Source: Chara braunii
Taxonomy: Eukaryota > Plantae > Charophyceae
Direction: 5' to 3'
DNA length: 64,000 nucleotides
Assembly (NCBI GenBank): GCA_003427395.1
Contig: BFEA01000001.1
Coordinates: forward strand, 8,617,120 to 8,681,119
In this document: positions 1-14,108 of the stretch, piece by piece
Position numbering within the stretch: the stretch's first letter is position 1
How the letters are laid out: each line of letters opens with the position of its first letter
Notes under the pieces: generated by a model
The model's input: only the letters and a program-made list of their open reading frames with translations
Database searches by the model: none
Told to the model about the DNA's origin: nothing
Made by a program: the position numbers and the translations under genes

Positions 1-25
1 GCACGTGTTGTCCAATATTGCAAGT

Positions 26-26
26 C

Positions 27-102
<76 letters not shown>

Positions 103-203
103 AAACAATTTAAACATTATTAGAAATTTCAACAAACAAAAAATGATAGCCATCCCTCCCTCCTTGAAATCTATATTGAAGCAATTCAATTAGTTAAAAC
201 ATT

Positions 204-279
<76 letters not shown>
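26..279. repeat. (CT)n microsatellites next to an assembly gap
   Basis: TC dinucleotide runs at ~26-101 and ~206-279, followed by the N gap 280-1206. Confidence 0.95.
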
Positions 280-2265
280 NNNNNNNNNNNNNNNNNNNNN
301 NNNNNNNNNNNNNNNNNNNNNNNNNNNNNNNNNNNNNNNNNNNNNNNNNNNNNNNNNNNNNNNNNNNNNNNNNNNNNNNNNNNNNNNNNNNNNNNNNNNN
401 NNNNNNNNNNNNNNNNNNNNNNNNNNNNNNNNNNNNNNNNNNNNNNNNNNNNNNNNNNNNNNNNNNNNNNNNNNNNNNNNNNNNNNNNNNNNNNNNNNNN
501 NNNNNNNNNNNNNNNNNNNNNNNNNNNNNNNNNNNNNNNNNNNNNNNNNNNNNNNNNNNNNNNNNNNNNNNNNNNNNNNNNNNNNNNNNNNNNNNNNNNN
601 NNNNNNNNNNNNNNNNNNNNNNNNNNNNNNNNNNNNNNNNNNNNNNNNNNNNNNNNNNNNNNNNNNNNNNNNNNNNNNNNNNNNNNNNNNNNNNNNNNNN
701 NNNNNNNNNNNNNNNNNNNNNNNNNNNNNNNNNNNNNNNNNNNNNNNNNNNNNNNNNNNNNNNNNNNNNNNNNNNNNNNNNNNNNNNNNNNNNNNNNNNN
801 NNNNNNNNNNNNNNNNNNNNNNNNNNNNNNNNNNNNNNNNNNNNNNNNNNNNNNNNNNNNNNNNNNNNNNNNNNNNNNNNNNNNNNNNNNNNNNNNNNNN
901 NNNNNNNNNNNNNNNNNNNNNNNNNNNNNNNNNNNNNNNNNNNNNNNNNNNNNNNNNNNNNNNNNNNNNNNNNNNNNNNNNNNNNNNNNNNNNNNNNNNN
1001 NNNNNNNNNNNNNNNNNNNNNNNNNNNNNNNNNNNNNNNNNNNNNNNNNNNNNNNNNNNNNNNNNNNNNNNNNNNNNNNNNNNNNNNNNNNNNNNNNNNN
1101 NNNNNNNNNNNNNNNNNNNNNNNNNNNNNNNNNNNNNNNNNNNNNNNNNNNNNNNNNNNNNNNNNNNNNNNNNNNNNNNNNNNNNNNNNNNNNNNNNNNN
1201 NNNNNNCCCGGTACTAACCTGTGAAGGTGGCACCTTGTTGCAGGTACATCGAAGACAAAGCTGGAGTTATGGCGCCACAGGTAAGTCTCCCAGGCCACAG
1301 GTAAGTCTCCCTGGCCTCCGCCACCTCTCTCTCACTCTCAACACTACTCTAGGCTCCTAGCAGCAGCCAACGCTACTCCTAACGCTAACTACTACTATTG
1401 CGGTGTTCCTCTAGAGTGCTGCTGCCGAATCCTGAAGACTGCCTTCTACCTTCTGCACGTGAAGTGCTCGGGAACTGCCTGTGAACTGCCTCGTGAACCA
1501 GTACTATATAGTGCTGGTCCGGCCGGGAGGATGCTCTTGCCAATGCCGAATCGTGCCAGACCCTGGCGTTGAAGTTCAAACAAAGGTTGTCTTGAAACAG
1601 GCCTAAAAATGGCCTGCGCTAAACCCTGGCCTGACGTCTAAGTTTCAGGGCAGGTCGACTTTATGAGGGCTTGAAAATGGCCCTCCTTCTTAGGCTTTCA
1701 GGCTGAAACAACACAAGGCCTGGAGGACCTTTATTTCCGTCTGGTCGGGCCCTGCAGGCCCGTGTGGATGCACAGTATGCCACACCACCCCCCTCCTTAA
1801 AAGACCGAGGCAAAACTCGTTTTCGCCTCGGCGAACCTCGGTCGGGTCGGGTCGTTCGCTGACACGAAACTCGTTTTCGCCATAGCCGTTTCCCACGTTT
1901 AGCTTTCAACAAAAGTCGCGTTTGGGTTATTACCGCTTATTATCTTGTGACTTGTTCGTATCTGAATTTCGCTTGTTCAGGATCAATAGTGGCATGTTTG
2001 CGTCGTTGAGTCGTCTTCGTCATCTGAATGTCCTGTTGACTGATATACAAAGCTTGTTTTGTTTTTTGGGACGTACGGATTTGAAACGGGCCCAAAAATT
2101 TGAAAACCTTCTAACACTCCGACCATGACCCGAGCCCTCCTTTTACTTCTTGTGGCGACAAGTTATTTTGCTGCAAGGTTGAGGCCGTGTAGTGGTGGTT
2201 TAAGGTCGTCGCCTTTTTGGAAGAGAAAGGGAGCAGAAGAAAATAATAGGAACAACAGAAAGAGA

Positions 2266-2273
2266 ACACACAC

Positions 2274-2338
<65 letters not shown>
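2266..2338. repeat. (CA)n microsatellite
   Basis: Direct CA run. Confidence 0.95.
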
Positions 2339-2339
<1 letters not shown>

Positions 2340-2737
2340 GCCGCACGATGTTCTTTGATGAGCTTAGAGTGGTCCTACCAGACGTAAACAATGTAGTGAT
2401 AGGGGGAGATTCGAATACTAGTCTGGACTCGAACCAAGGATAATAGGGTTGTTTGGGGGACGTTTTGACCCTTATAGACTTGATGGTGGACTTAGATTTG
2501 GATGATGTCTATAGAACTCTCTACCCGGTTGACAGTGGTTTCACTTGGTTCTTACACAAAGGAAAACGGAGGACGTTAGATTTCTTGTTGACAGGAGGAA
2601 GCTGAAAGATGGTTTGATCAAACTCGAAGTTGGGAAGAATCTGATTTCTGATTATAAATCAGTTATAGGGACCTTCCAGGTGGGGTCTGATCAGACAAGA
2701 CGGAAAAGGGTATTTCAAGTTGAACATTGTTAACTTG
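2340..2737 (+). pseudogene. Decayed LINE APE-endonuclease fragment
   Basis: Translates across stops/frameshifts to VVIGGDSN...LDDVYRTLYPVDSGFTWF...RRLDF...KGYFKLN, which matches the C-terminal half of L1-type APE endonucleases (GDFN, D.YR..P...FTW, RLD motifs). Confidence 0.7.
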
Positions 2738-5700
2738 AGACTGTCTGCTGATAAGGTACTTGAAAGCCAACCAATGGACATAGACCATCTTCGAGTAGCA
2801 ATGAGTAATGAGCCAATGGAGATGGAGACTGTCCCGGTTATTATCCCTCCGGTATCCTCAAGCTTGGCAAACAGCAAGGCAGAGCGAGTGGATCTTCATT
2901 CAGAGCTTACCATGTTATGGGAATGACTAATCTTGAATCTGCAAGCCAGATTTCCAAGTTGGGACAAGGAATATTGGTTGAATTTTCACAGTCACCTAAT
3001 GGTAGTAATGGAGAATAGTGATAGCTTGAAGCAGGCTGTGCAAAGTGGTTTTCCACAAGGCCTAGATTGGTCAAGTACATGGCATAGATTGCTTTGTGTT
3101 ATCATAGACAGATTCCTTCCTCTTCTCTTACCGAAGGGTAATCCACACGATTGTTCCTCAAGTTGGAACCAAGGGGGAGAGTGTGAGTTGGAAGGCAAGA
3201 AAAAGTCCTCACAGGATTGTTCACAGGATGGTTCCTCAACTGAGAATCTGGGGGAAAGGAATGAGGGGGACAGCAGAAAGCAATCACAACAGAATAGTCT
3301 GAGGAAAATAAAGGTCATTGCAAGAAAACATCTCACTCAGTCCTCAGGAAAGAAGAGGATTAATAAAGACAAGTCTATTATGAAATCAATAAAAGGAAGA
3401 CAATGGAGTAATATGCAGGGAGGTTCATCATTAATGCGTGCCTCTGTCCTCAACAGACTCCAGCATTTAGCCATCACACCGTGTAAGTCCAGACTAAAAC
3501 ACAACAAATGGATTAGGGAGGGTGTGGGATCTGAAAAAAAATAGTAAGAAAAGAAAATAATAATAATATTGCAAGCAAACCCAAATGTTGTCTATTTGCG
3601 ATTGGTACAACAAGAAGGCACGTCTACAGTGGGCCTGGTTGACATTTGGGAGGTACAACCAAACGCTGCCTGCCCAAGTCAGACTTTGCATCCTTCCTCT
3701 AAGGATATGGCACAGCAAGTACAAGTTTCATCAAGGGGCCGGATTGGAGCCCAGGGGGTACATCCAGATGTTGACTGGCCAATGCAGATATTGGAGGATC
3801 CTTCAGTTGGAAGAGAATTGCATGAGGATACTTTTTCTGAGGATTGTATAGGTGTCCAGGGAGCGATAGGTGAGACACAAGCATTAGTGCTGGTCACGAC
3901 ACCCTGGCAGAAAGGTCAGCAGGTCCCGGGAATAGTAACTCCCTCTATCTCAGGCTTGACAACAAGCCCTCCAAATGGGCTGGATGAGCAAAAGGGCGCA
4001 GAGGTAATTGCACAGAATGAAAAAAAAAATCTCAATCCAACGGGGGTTGTATTACAGTCTACGGGAAACAACTTGGTACCAGCAACGTCTGGTACATTGC
4101 TTTTCCCACAGCCAATAAAAGGTCTTATCTCTAGCGTGGATCAATGTATCCAAACCAAGGATAGTCACAGCGATGAAACGGCAAGAGGAAGTAGTATTCC
4201 ACTTGAGGTGGAGACCAGTCCTCCTGAGATCATTCCCCAGGACTGGGAGGACGGTCTGCCTAAACGAGTTATTCAGGAAAATGTAAAAGTTGTGCATGAA
4301 TTGAAGGAAATTGTGTCCGAAATAACAGGGGAAAGCAAATTTCTACTCTTGACAGGTCACTCAACAGGAGAACCCACTCAGGTACGGGTATTCGATAAGT
4401 CTGAGAGGCATAAGAAGGAGGAACCAAAAGAAAAATGAACAATGAATCGCACAACGATGATCTTGCATGCTACGAGTAAGAGACAGAAACTCAGACAGAG
4501 GATGGCCCAAGGTCAGGGGGATCTCCCGCCTTCCAAAACATGAGAGGTTATTCTGCCGGTCAGATACAAAGGGGGAAATTGACAAGTTGGTTTGTCAGAA
4601 CCCCTGGGGGCGGCATACGAAGAAATAACTGTGCAAGGAACCAAACCTCAATTTCTCTCCCTAGTGTCCCTGACTGGTGGTATGGAGGGAGAATCGTGGA
4701 TTAAAATGGAAATACTGAAATTCATAAAGGAGAATTTTCCGCCAGGGGCTGTTGCTATCCTGTCTTTAGTAACGGAAGATCAAAGAGTTGCAGAGAGAGA
4801 TATCTACATTAGATATGATGGATCGAGACAAGAGGAATTAAGATGGTTTGAACAGGAGGCACTGAAAGAAGTTCAAGTTCTTAAAATCAAAGCTGGTACG
4901 TTCTGGTCAGAGGAGGATGTAGGTATCATTCTTGCGAGAATTATGAAAAATGACATTATAGAAAAGGGAAGGGTGCTGGACTTAGGGCAATGGAACAATC
5001 TATAGGCTTCCTCCTACTCGTGACTAATTTCCTGATCTCTCAAAGTGATTGTCCCCCTGTTTTTTTTTACTGATGGAAGGGATTAGGATTATTGATGCCC
5101 TATATAATAAAGACAAAGATTGGAAATTGCTTAGACGACAAGCAGATCTACATCTAAGATCGTTAAATGTGAATGGTCTTGCGTCTGCCAAACAGAGTAA
5201 AAGACAAGCAATTTATGACCAATTAAAAGGCATTAATGGTAAGGAGTGGTTATATGTGATTTGTATCCAGGAAATTCACCTGATGGATTCTGATATGCAC
5301 ATAGGGCCTCCACAAACAGATATGGCCTCACCAAGCATATAGGGCTCATGCTACTACTCCAGGGAGTTTGGGAGTGGCCATATGCATACCTCCCCAATCC
5401 AAAGCAGAGATTGTTTATTCATTGGCAGATCAGGGTCAAGGGAGATGAATCTATGTTCTAGCTATGCTTGAATTGGAAATTGTAGGGATTCTTTGTGTAT
5501 ATGGGCCTAATGAGGTAGGGGAAAGACAAACTTTTTTGGGAAATATCATTCAACGTTTGCCTGTTGGCATTCCCTTAATCATAACTGGAGATTTTAATGT
5601 TGCTCCGAACCACCTCATGGATAGATGGCGACCTCCCTCTCCATGTCCGGCATACATGACAATGGACGAAAGGACTATAGCAGACTTATGTCACTCTTTC

Positions 5701-8700
5701 AATCTCTTTGATTCCTATAGGAGATTAAACCCATCATCCAAATCCTTCTCGTGCTTTAGGATGGGTTGTGCTAATCATAATTCTAAATCTCGTATTGACT
5801 TGATCTTGGTGGCTGAGGAGCTGGAAGGGGCGCTCCAAATGACAGAAATCTTTCCAAAAAGTCCTTTCTCAGGCCTCGATCATGCTATGTGTGTAGCAAT
5901 TTTATCATTTAGGAAAACAATTGACCAAGGGAAAGACTTTTATCATTTAAATATCTCCTATCTCAAGATGGATTGTTTCCTTCATTATCTGCGAGATGTT
6001 TGAAATTTTTGGAAAGATCAGAGGACTCGTCTTAGAGATGACATTAAATGGTTTAATAACGGTCTATCTTTTTTAGGCTGTAAATGCAATGAATATTCTA
6101 CGTTATTAGCAAAGCAAAAACATGCGAAGGAAACTTATTTACAAAATAGAATTGCTAAATTACAAAGCAAGGAGGAAAAGGAGGTTGATCAAGAGATACT
6201 TGATAATATATATGAGGAACTCCAATGTCTAGAGTCCCAGCTTTTGACCCAAATGGAATATAGATGACAAGGACTAAGAATTAGGGGTAAACTCAAGATT
6301 CAGAATATGGAAGGTTTTATGGATGCGCGTTTCTTTGCTCTGGCTAGAGCCAGAAGAGGAAGGACCATGATATAGGCTTTAGAAGATCCGACTAGCTCTC
6401 ATAAGGATTTGGTTACTTCGACTGCGGCCTCCTCTAAAATTGCCAGAGACTTTTTCAAATCACTTTTCACTTCACAAAATAATCATATTCCTAAGAAACA
6501 GCGCATACTAGAGATGGAAGAATTCATACAACCATTAAATAAATCTTTATCAGAAAAACAAAAGGAATTGATGGACAAACCTCTAGCAAAAGAAGAAATC
6601 TGGAAGACACTCTTATTGATGGAGGAAGATAAATCTTCGGGTATAGATGGATTCCCAAAAGAATTTTGGGAAACAACGTGGGACTTTATGTCTGAAGATC
6701 TTATGAATTTTTATCAGGCGGTATGGGAATCGGGTGAAATGGGAGAATTTGTAGGACAAGGGGTACTTACTCTATTATATAAAAAAAGGGACAAGGCAAA
6801 TATAAGAAATTATCATCCTATAACCCTTTTGACTGTGGTTTACAAATTCATAGTAAAAGCATTGGTGGATTGGTTGACTGCAATAATTTTAGAAATCATT
6901 CACCCATCCCAAACATATTTTATTACAGGAAGGAATATTCAGGATAATATTCTTCTTGTAAATGAGCTTCTTAAAATATCTCGTCAATCCAAGCATAATG
7001 CAGCTTTCATTTTCATTGATTTTGAGAAGGCATATGATCATGTTGATTGACTTTTTCTAGACAAATGTTTGGAAAAGATTAATTTTGGGCCAAATTTTAG
7101 AAGATGGGTGAGAATTATGCATCAGAATGCAACAACAAGGGTAATGGTCAACAACAATGTAGCACCCCCCATTCCACTAGAAAGATCAGTAAGACAAGGG
7201 GATTCGTTGACTCCTTTCCTTTTTGTTATAATTATGGAGGCATTGGCAACAAATTTGCGATACCATAAGGATATTAGAAGAATACAAATTACTAGCATAC
7301 CAGAAGAGGCAATTCCAATGTGCTCTCTATTTGTTAGTGACCTATACATTATGGTAGACGCAACTCAAGAGAATATGGAAGAAATTTATAAGCTGATGAA
7401 AAAAATTTGCCGCCTCTCGGATATGAGAGTCAGTTGGGGTAATAAAACGACAGGCTGGTGGATACATCATCAAGGTGGTTGTCCTCCTGAATTACCTATG
7501 ATAAAGTGGTTGTCCCTGGATGACCCAATTAGGATATTAGGGATTTCCCTTTCTGCTGAGGGCAGACCAATAAATCACAATGAATGGATCTCCCAACCTG
7601 CTCAGTCTAAAATGAAAATGTGGAAGAATAAACATACATCCATTTTTGGAAGAACAATAATCATTAATGATGTTATTCTAGCTTCTATATGGTACAAATC
7701 AGGAATCTGGTCCTTGGAAAAATGTTCTATTTAATCTCTCAAGAAACAACTATCCGCCTTTTTGTGGAGGGGCAATCATGAGTATAGTAATGTCATCAAC
7801 AGAGTGGCATGACAATCTATTATCCAACCAAAAGTTGGGGGGGGGGGGGGTGAGAATTCTGGATCCTCTGACACAAGTCAAGACACTCTCAATCCAATGG
7901 TCGCAACGTCTTTTATTCAATCCTCAGACTCCATGGGCACCATTGGCATTAGAGCAAATCAGGAGGCTTGCTCCTTCAACCCCTGAAGGAATTGACCCCT
8001 TGACTTTGTTGGAAAATCGATCGTGGACTATTCCTAGGGGGAAATCCAATCCTGTAGCATTAGCATTGAGTTCGGATAGACAAGCTATCATACTTGATTT
8101 AAAAAATGATCCTTTTTGGACTTCCATGTTGAAAAACTGGAGACAACTCCCTCTAACAGACAAGCTATCGCCATAAAGGTGTGAGAAAATATGTCAACAA
8201 CCTCTTTTTGATAATAGATGGATTCGTGATTCCCAAGGATTTGTCTTTCATTGTAGGCATTCACCTTGGAAGGGATGGATTAGAAATGGTATTATAAGGA
8301 TAAAGGATATTTGGGATATTGATACCAATGAGTGGATTGCTCCGGCCAAACGGGAGACAAGGCTAAGGTATTGTCACCATCCTGTAGAAGCACTTGAGAA
8401 GGTAATTGAATTCATCCTTCTTGAATGGTTTCATATCCTTAGGAAAGACCCTAAGTTAATAATAAATGATTGGGTAGCCTTCAAGGATCAATCTGAGTCT
8501 ATTGGCTTAATTTTGGATCAAGACCAAAATGAGAATATTTTTCTACAAAAATTCGCCTTGTCATCCACAAATTTAGTGATTCCTAGGGAGCAAGAGGAAA
8601 CCTGTTGGGTTCAGGCGCAACAGATTTTCAGAATAAGGGTAATGAGGATTAAGGATTCTTGGGTTGCCTTTAAACCGGAATGTCCCATTTCAAAACTCCC

Positions 8701-9958
8701 TTTTGACCCGGCTAATTGGGTTTGGAATTCGGTCATAAGAACAAGGAAGCATAATAAATCATTCAAAAGGTCTATTCACTCTCTTAAGGTCAAATCTGCA
8801 TATCGGATGCTTAGACCTAGAATTAACCTTAAGGACAAGATTTCCACCAAATGGATGAAACATTTTAATATCAGTAGGGAGGAATTAAGGTTGGTTAGGT
8901 GGTTCAAAACAATCAAGGATAAACCAGTCAAAATAACTTCTCTTTAGTGGCAAATTGAACATAGATGTCTACCAGTAAATGATTGGCTGATAGACAGATC
9001 AACACTAGAACAGAGAGGATTGGCAGAAAGGTGGTGCAAGCTATGCAAAACAGTTTTCCCAAGCAGACTATATGTTGAAACAATAGAGCATATTTTTATG
9101 CAATGTCCGGGTTCTGTATGGCTTTGGAGGTGGTGGGATCGAATCTGGTCACAGTTAATCCCACAGGTGGCTTGGCCATGGAGTTGGAAAACTATTCTTT
9201 TGGAGACCTTGAGTCTTGACCCGGATTAAGTGAAAAATGGTGAGGAACTTGTGAAAAATCTGAAATTTGTGGATAATCTGTTCCGTATGGGTAGAAGAGC
9301 GGTGATGTGGGCCATATGGATGAGAAGATGCACGTATGAATGGGAAGGGGCAAGACTAGATGGTCTGGATTTTACAGAAACTATTAAACAACAAGTTCAA
9401 ACAGATATATTAACCAATTGGGAAAGAACCAAGGAAACGGTACAATTTCTCTCGAATAAAGCAGAAATCCAGAGCCGTTTTCGGAAATTCAGTCACAAAT
9501 GGTTGAATGGAAACCAAAGACGGAGAATTGGATGTGTCACTTGGAATGGTGCTGACAATGAAGATGCTGCTGGGTTTAAAAGAGATTACAAATTGGTTTT
9601 TGATGATTGGACTTCCATTGACGCTTCAATTCCCATGAGACCTTTCTCAGATTTCCCAACTCCTTTCCCTCCTCCTGCAACAGCCATGGTTCCAAGTTCC
9701 TGGTATGGATTATAAGGATATCACTGCTAGTTTTACAAGAATATATCTAGCGTCCTGATAAAGGATGAAGAGGTAGTGTTATTTTCAGATTGCCAGGTGG
9801 TAGGAGGGTGTCGCTATTTTCTTCAAAATTTAGGTTCTTGTTCATGCTTTTGATTCCTTTATTTCCATTTTTCAAATTGTACATTCAAGGGACGCTGGAC
9901 CCGGTTTCCAGCAGGTGATGCTCCCCACCAATAGATGGAGCTTCTTTAAAAAAAAAAA
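2738..9958 (+). mobile_element. Decayed L1/Tx1-type LINE, family 'A/F': ORF1 remnant ~2738-5005, ORF2 ~5075-9715, 3' UTR motif, poly(A)
   Basis: ORF2 pieces carry APE motifs (SLNVNGL, CIQEIH, GDFN, SRIDL, DH), RT motifs (GIDGFPKEF, YHPITLL, IDFEKAYD, SVRQGD) and a C-terminal zinc finger (CKLC...ETIEHIFMQC). Multiple stops. Colinear with the LINE at 44386-54365. A-run begins at 9948. Confidence 0.9.
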
Positions 9959-9988
9959 NNNNNNNNNNNNNNNNNNNNNNNNNNNNNN

Positions 9989-10030
<42 letters not shown>

Positions 10031-10032
<2 letters not shown>

Positions 10033-13000
10033 TTTGGACTCGATGGGGGAACTAGAAAGGGAACTTTGCTTCATTGGGGGAATGGTGGGAAGCGGGTAGC
10101 AGAATACTATCGAAATTGTTAAGCGCTTTCTCAAAAATCATGGTTTTGCAAAGGAATAAGGAAGAGCGAAAATGCCAGAAGAGAGTCCAAGAGACAGAGG
10201 AAAGGATGAAACGGCATTCCATCTCGAAGTTGGTCTAGGAGAAAGAGAGAGTACGTCGCCTGACGGAGTGGGAAAACCTGCAACAGGAAACTTTAAGGCA
10301 GAACAATGGTCAGAAATGCTGAGCGTGAAGGGTCTTCAAGTCTACGACAGGATGATGAAAGAAACGTTCCAAAAGCTAACGCCGGCCAGATCTGCCCCAG
10401 TGATGAAAGAACTACAACACCCATTCAATCAGGAGGAGCCATATGCAACGGCCCCAAGAGATTTATGCAGATACGCGTTGATGTACTACCAGGACATACT
10501 GACGTCAAGAAAACCAGGAGAGGGGACAAATACTGACTTGGCAGCAGGCTCAGAGCACTGGACAAACACGACAGTGAGATTGCATACACAGGCTAGACTG
10601 GATCTTGACCGCCCAATCACCAAGGAGGAAGTGGGGGAGGCATTGAAACATATGGCAAGGGGTAAGACTCCAGGTAACGATGGTCTCCCGGTAGAGTTCT
10701 ATCGGCAACACTGGGCTACTGTAACAGTAGGAGAAGACCTGGTGGCAATCTACAACGAAATCCAAATGGGGGGGAAGCTACCTGCCAGTGCATGCAGAGG
10801 AATCATATTGATCCTATTTAAGAAAGGAGACATTAATGAGATTAGGAATTGGTGTCCCATCTCATAACTAGATGTCTCCTATAAGATACTAGCTAAGGTG
10901 CTGGCAAGAAGACTGGGAAGGTATCTCCCGCAATTGGTGGAGGATGACCAAGTTGCATTCGTGAGAGGGGCTCCATCCACGAGAACATAGTAACAGCTAT
11001 GGACATTTTGGAGATAGCAAGTCTAGAGGATCTAGATATTACGGTGCTGCTTCTAGATATGGAAAAGGTATACGACCACGTCAATTGGTGGTATGTCCTG
11101 ACTACATTGAGGTGGATGGGATTTGGAGAGATGTTTTGCAACTGGGTAGTGACGTTATACTCCATATCGACAGCATCAGTCATGGTAAACGGTCACATTT
11201 CAGCCCCTTTCCATTTGTCTCGCTCACTCGGACAGGAGTGCCCATTGGCACCGCTGCTGTTCGTGGTCCAGCTAGAAGTCCTACTCAATAATATAAGGAC
11301 AAACACACAAGTAGTAGGATTGAGCTTGGGACATCAAACGTGCAAGGTCAAAGCATCAGCCGATGACCTGTTTGCAGTCTCAGCTAACACGCAAGACTCA
11401 ATGTTAGTGTTAAGATACTGTCTGGGTCTGTACGCAGAACTATCGGAAGCGGCTATTAATTGGTCGAAGTCGGTCTTCTTTCTCGCTAGCAAATATACTC
11501 CGGTAGTAGATTGGGGGATGAAGAGGATACAATTGGATGGGTCCGAGAGATTTTTGGGGGTACAAATTGCCTTAACATCCTGTGCACTAAGACAGGAAGA
11601 TATTTTACAAGCTAAAGTGTTACAGCGAATGTCGACGTGGGGCAGAGCCCCGCACCTGTCCTTGTTTGGAAGAGCATTGGTGGTGAATGTAGCCCTGTTT
11701 GCATTACTCACCTTCGTGGGGAATGTGAGACAGATTGGGGAAGAAAACTCTGGGGATTGTCAAACGGAAGGCAGCACACTTTATTTGGAAGCCCATTTGC
11801 AGAGGAGAATGAAGGGGTGATGTCAAAGGTTGCCCGGGAGCTGATCTGTGCTCCTAGACAGAAAGGCGGTCTAAGCATGCTAGACCCAAGGAGGAGAAAC
11901 ACTGCTATGTTAGCCAAATGGGTAATCCAAGCTATTGCTACGAAAAAGAACTAGCACTGGATAGCCCTGGCCGAGCATATCCTCTGTGGAGAATGGAAAC
12001 TATCTCGCACAGAAGACGTTTGGGCCTGTGTGTGGGTCGACTCCTTTTTACGAAGGTGCCTGAAGTCAGAATTATGGATGGCTGTCCTTCAGGCTTTGAG
12101 GAAAGTAAAGCCAGACATGCAGCAGGAGCCAACAACCAAAGAGGAGGTTTTGTCACAAATAATCTTCGAGAACTCTAACATACGGGATCTGACTGAGAAT
12201 ATTCTGCTTGCTAACCAGGTCTCAGGCAACTTTGGTCGCACCTGGATAGAACGAGGCGTGGTAAGGATCAGAGATCTGTGGAACGAGCTTGTCGGCCGCT
12301 GGCATACCAAGAGTGAACTGGAAGACAAACTGATGTTTTGCAGATATGTGAGTCAGTGGTTAGCTCAGATTCATATGGCAATCCCAGAAAGGTGGCATTC
12401 GATATTGGCTCCTTCATACGTCAACGCACCAGGAACATGGTTTGAAATGGATACTAACACTGAAGACCGAAGATTCCTGAAATTAGTCGAGCTGTCAGAA
12501 AGTGGAGGAAGGAAGTTCCAACAGTGGACTTCGGCAGGTGAAGAGGGAAACTTGGTAACCTGTGTAGCGGAGGACGAATTTCTGACAGTCCCGACAGGGC
12601 GGCTTACTGAAATACGTGTCAAGGAAACAGTTGACGAGGATGGTGTATGGAGCGCAACCCTGTGGCTCCAGGGTCGACCAATATCTAAGTTAAGGGTGGA
12701 CCCGAATCAATGGGCATGGAGGGGGAGAGGCACGTACGGAGAAAATGCCACCTTGGACGAGTTTTCGCCGGGAATGGCATACGAAATGCAGACAAGGACA
12801 CGCACACCCAGAAGCGTGGCAACAGAGAGGTGGAGCAGAATTTATACGGAGGAATAGGAGAAGATCTGTGAGGCCCTGCAGACGTGTTGAGCACAGCTAA
12901 CCAATCCACCGAACCAACGGGCGGCGACGTTACTATGGTTGGCTTCCTTACTGGCCACACCATCAGCTGTTTCACTGTTAAGTCAAGGAATTGAGGTAGA

Positions 13001-13780
13001 CACGCACTGTAAAAGGTGCTGCCGGTCATTTGAGTCAACAATCCATCTTTGGTGGGACTGTCCCGCGTCAAAGAGGATCTGGGATTGGTGGGCCAGGGAA
13101 TGGGAAGAATGGATAGGGGGGAGGTTTAAGTGGGATAAAGACTGGGTGCTGTTGGGGGGAGTGCCTGAGGAGTTGTTCCACCTCAGAAGGGGATGGGGCT
13201 ATGTTGCACAGGCAATCAGAGCAGTGGGTTTCAGGGTGATCTGGTCAGAAAGGAATAGAGCCCAGTTTGAGGGCAAAGTAATACCAGATCCAGAGATTAA
13301 GGCCACTTTCAAAGCTATGATCAAAAGGATCATAGCAGCAGAGTGGAGAAGGAGAGTCCCCAAGGGAAGAGGCAGGCAGACAGGGTTAAGGTGGTTCCAG
13401 GATACGTGAGCACAGCGAGTGAAGTTGGTAACAATGGGGAGGAATGGAGGGTTGGAATTCTCAGGGTGGTTAATTAGTTAAGCAGTACCAGGACACTCGG
13501 TACACATCCACAGTAGGAGGCAGAAGTGATGGGGGCCCGAGAGTGTCTAGGAACAGGCGGAACCATGTTAGGTTCCAGCTGCCGGAGTAGGCGGTATGAG
13601 AGGAGAGAAAGGAACATCAGGAAGTAGGGTAGATAGGGTAGACTTCTCTAAGGTAGGATATAATCACAATAGAAAGGTTAGTAGGGAGTTAGCTGTGGGG
13701 GGAACTGAGGTTTTTCTCTTTGAGTGTTTGTTTGATTCCTAAAAAGGTAAAAGGTGGAATAAAAGTCTGTTTGGTTTGAA
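10031..13780 (+). mobile_element. Decayed L1/Tx1-type LINE, ORF2 post-EN region with RT and zinc finger
   Basis: KTPGNDGLPVEFY, WCPIS, LLDMEKVYD, SLGQECPLAP, ADD and CKRC...STIHLWWDC in frameshifted ORFs 10172-13409; 3' boundary approximate. Confidence 0.88.
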
Positions 13781-14006
13781 ACGGTTTTCACCTTTCTACA
13801 GTCACAGATGCGGGCCCTAGAGTTCGATCCCGAGACCTCACTTTGCCCATGTACAGTATCGAGTCGACACCCGAGTGTTTGAACCCGTGACCTGTGTTTT
13901 GGTAGTTGTTTGTCACCTGTCGTAGGTCTGTGTAGTGGTAGGGGTTTGATCTGTAGGTCTGTAGAGTAGGAGTCTCAGCTTTGTAGAGGTCGTAGCTGTA
14001 GGTATT

Positions 14007-14108
14007 CTGAAAGGTCAAGGTCGTAGCTGCTACAGTCCTGAAAGGTCAAGGTCGTAGCTGCTACAGTCCTGAAAGGTCAAGGTCGTAGCTGCTACAGTAC
14101 CTGAAAGG
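14007..14108. repeat. 31-bp minisatellite (~3.3 copies) in an unclassified, possibly LTR-derived repeat (~13790-14970)
   Basis: CTGAAAGGTCAAGGTCGTAGCTGCTACAGTC repeated at 14007, 14038 and 14069. Confidence 0.85.

Noticed and set aside
186-1298. Long ORFs here and at 27184-27995, 57281-58183 and 59051-60557
   Set aside because: Made of N-gap and microsatellite translations
1207-1660. Possible LTR fragment
   Set aside because: Truncated by a gap; no paired LTR, PBS or coding domain to support it
14007-14108. 31-bp direct repeats as a CRISPR-like array
   Set aside because: Head-to-tail with no spacers; eukaryotic context; no cas genes
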